The translations under genes and the position numbers were made by a program. Below, in pieces: positions 62,301 to 64,000 of a stretch of DNA of 64,000 bases. The notes beneath the pieces are model-generated. The model searched no databases, was not told the origin of the DNA, and worked only from the letters and a program-made list of their open reading frames with translations. Positions within the stretch are counted from its first letter, which is position 1; every line of letters begins with the position of its first letter. Location: NCBI GenBank assembly GCA_965223705.1, contig OZ245015.1, positions 1,152,001-1,216,000 of the forward strand, read 5' to 3'. Source of the stretch: Myxococcota bacterium. GTDB taxonomy: Bacteria; Myxococcota_A; UBA9160; UBA6930.

Positions 62301-64000
62301 GTCAGTACGCCTTTGGCCCCGTCGTCGAGCTGGACATCGACGACCACGTTCTCCGCATCGGGATCGGCAATGGAAACGGTCGCAAACGGAGCGATGGAAG
62401 CGTTGTCGTTCACCGCCTGATTCGCGACGGTGCCGGCGATGCTCCCAGAATCGTTGATCGAGGTCGAGACGACGGAGGTCGTGTTGTCGATCACCGGTCC
62501 GCTGCTGTCGGTGATCGTGATGCTGAACGTCGTGGTTTCCGTGAGCCCGGGGGCCACGCGATTGTCGGTCGGGTCGAACACGAGCGCGCGGATCGCCGTC
62601 TGCGCCGCAGCCGCTGTGCCCGTGAACTGATAATGCCCTCCGCCGAGGTCGGTGAAACCGCCGCCGGTCAGTACGCCTTTCGCGCCGTCGTCGAGCTGGA
62701 CATCGACCACGACGTTCTCGGCGTCGGGGTCGGCGATGGTGACGGTGGAGAAGGGCGAGATCGAAGCGTTGTCGTTCACGGCCTGGTTGGCGACGGTGCC
62801 GCCGATGGCGCTCGGATCGTTGACCGAGGTGGAGATCACCGGTGGCGTTGTTCGAGACCGGCCCACCGGAGTCCGTGACCTTGATCTCAAAGCTGGTCGT
62901 TTCAGTGGCACCCGGTGCGACTCGATTCTCCGTCGGGTCAAACACGAGCGCGCGAATCGCGGTCTGCGCTGCGGCCGCTGTGCCCGTGAACTGGTAGAGC
63001 CCGCCGCCGAGATCGGTGAAACCGCCGCCGGTCAGTACGCCTTTGGCCCCGTCGTCGAGCTGGACATCGACCACGACGTTCTCGGCGTCGGGGTCGGCGA
63101 TGGTAACGGTGGAGAAGGGCGAGATCGAAGCGTTGTCGTTCACGGCCTGGTTGGCGACGGTGCCACCGATCGCGCTCGGATCGTTGACCGACGTCGAGAT
63201 CACCGTGGTGGTGTTGTTCGATACCGGGTCGATGCCATCCGAAACGGTCACGGAGAACGTCGTGGTCTCGGTCAGGCCGGGTGCCACGCGATGGTCCGTA
63301 GCATCGAAGATGAGGGCACGGATCGCGGTTTGCGCTGCGGCCGCCGACCCGGAGAACTGGTAGAGGCCGCTGCCCATGTCGGTGAACCCACCGCCGGCAA
63401 GCGTTCCCTTCGCGGGGTCGTCGAGCTGGATCTTGATGGTCAAGGCGTTGCCGTCGACGTCGTCGACGGTCACCGCCGCGAACGGGGCGATGTTCTGATC
63501 GTCGTCGACGGTCTGACCCACTTGGAAGCCGCCGATGCTCGGCGCCGTGTTTGCGGCGGGGGCGACGAGCGTGAACGCGTCGAGCTCTTCTCCGCCCGCA
63601 CCTCCCAACCCGACGTCGGCGCCTTCGAACACGAGCTCGGCCGTGGCGCTGCTGTTGCCGACGCCGGCCCCGAGCTCGGTCGCCGTCACGTGGAGCGCAA
63701 AGATGTCGTTTTCCGTGACGGACACGTTGTTCGTTCCCAACGTATCGCTGCTGTGCACGGTGGCCAGCAGCGTGCCGGCCGCGAACGTTCGCCCGCCAAT
63801 CACGGTCGCGGATTCAAGCAGCTCGAGGCCATGGAGATGCTGATCGATGCCAAAGACGTCGCCTTCGAGCAATTTGCTCGCTGTGCCCGTCGTGTTTCCG
63901 GCGCCCACGGTCCCTGTCTCGAACACCCAGACGTCTTCATCATCCGAGCCACCGCTCCGCGTAAAGAGGAAATCACCTGCGTCCACGGTGTAGTCGCCGA
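59396..64000 (-). CDS. Giant repetitive surface protein/adhesin (5' end outside window; apparent frameshifts near 62845 and 62015-62080)
   Basis: Seven 122-aa Ig/cadherin-like repeats, two WQYSTDG modules, Pro/acidic linker and a hydrophobic C-terminal motif. Confidence 0.85.
60995..63551 (-). repeat. Seven about 366-nt tandem coding repeats
   Basis: Unit starts (N/G-D/T-x) at about 63551, 63185, 62821, 62455, 62089, 61729 and 61363. Confidence 0.9.

Overview
High-GC (deltaproteobacterial/Myxococcota-like) chromosomal window. 1-38.3 kb is core housekeeping DNA: an LPS/envelope cluster (lpxK, Kdo-kinase-like, lptF, heptosyltransferase, GT2/GT4s, epimerase, heptose kinase, msbA) interleaved with yicC-remA-gmk-rel, then purM, a heterodimeric ABC exporter, smc-ftsY-glpK-GDPD, gltBD, zapB-like/zapA/5-FCL/tyrS. 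38.3-45.4 kb is a complete rrn operon (16S, tRNA-Ile, tRNA-Ala, 23S, 5S). Its 23S gene is interrupted by two group I introns, at E. coli-equivalent U1917 and U1931, separated by a 14-nt exon. The first intron carries a LAGLIDADG endonuclease ORF that overlaps the ribozyme core; the second is ORF-less. 45.4-64 kb holds a flavin monooxygenase, a PEP-CTERM SGNH hydrolase and a minus-strand locus: giant repetitive surface protein, hybrid kinase, REC-GGDEF-EAL protein, and an ABC-less secretion module (HlyD-type adaptors, M50 protease-HlyD fusion, truncated SecA paralog). The most unusual sequence-level pattern is that five operon junctions have a duplicated stop/start overlap. Each duplication creates a 4-12 codon mini-ORF that starts on the upstream stop and ends on the downstream start (three tandem copies between glpK and GDPD), suggesting a ribosome-relay type of translational coupling. 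A few frameshifts in repeats (ftsY, adhesin) look like assembly errors.
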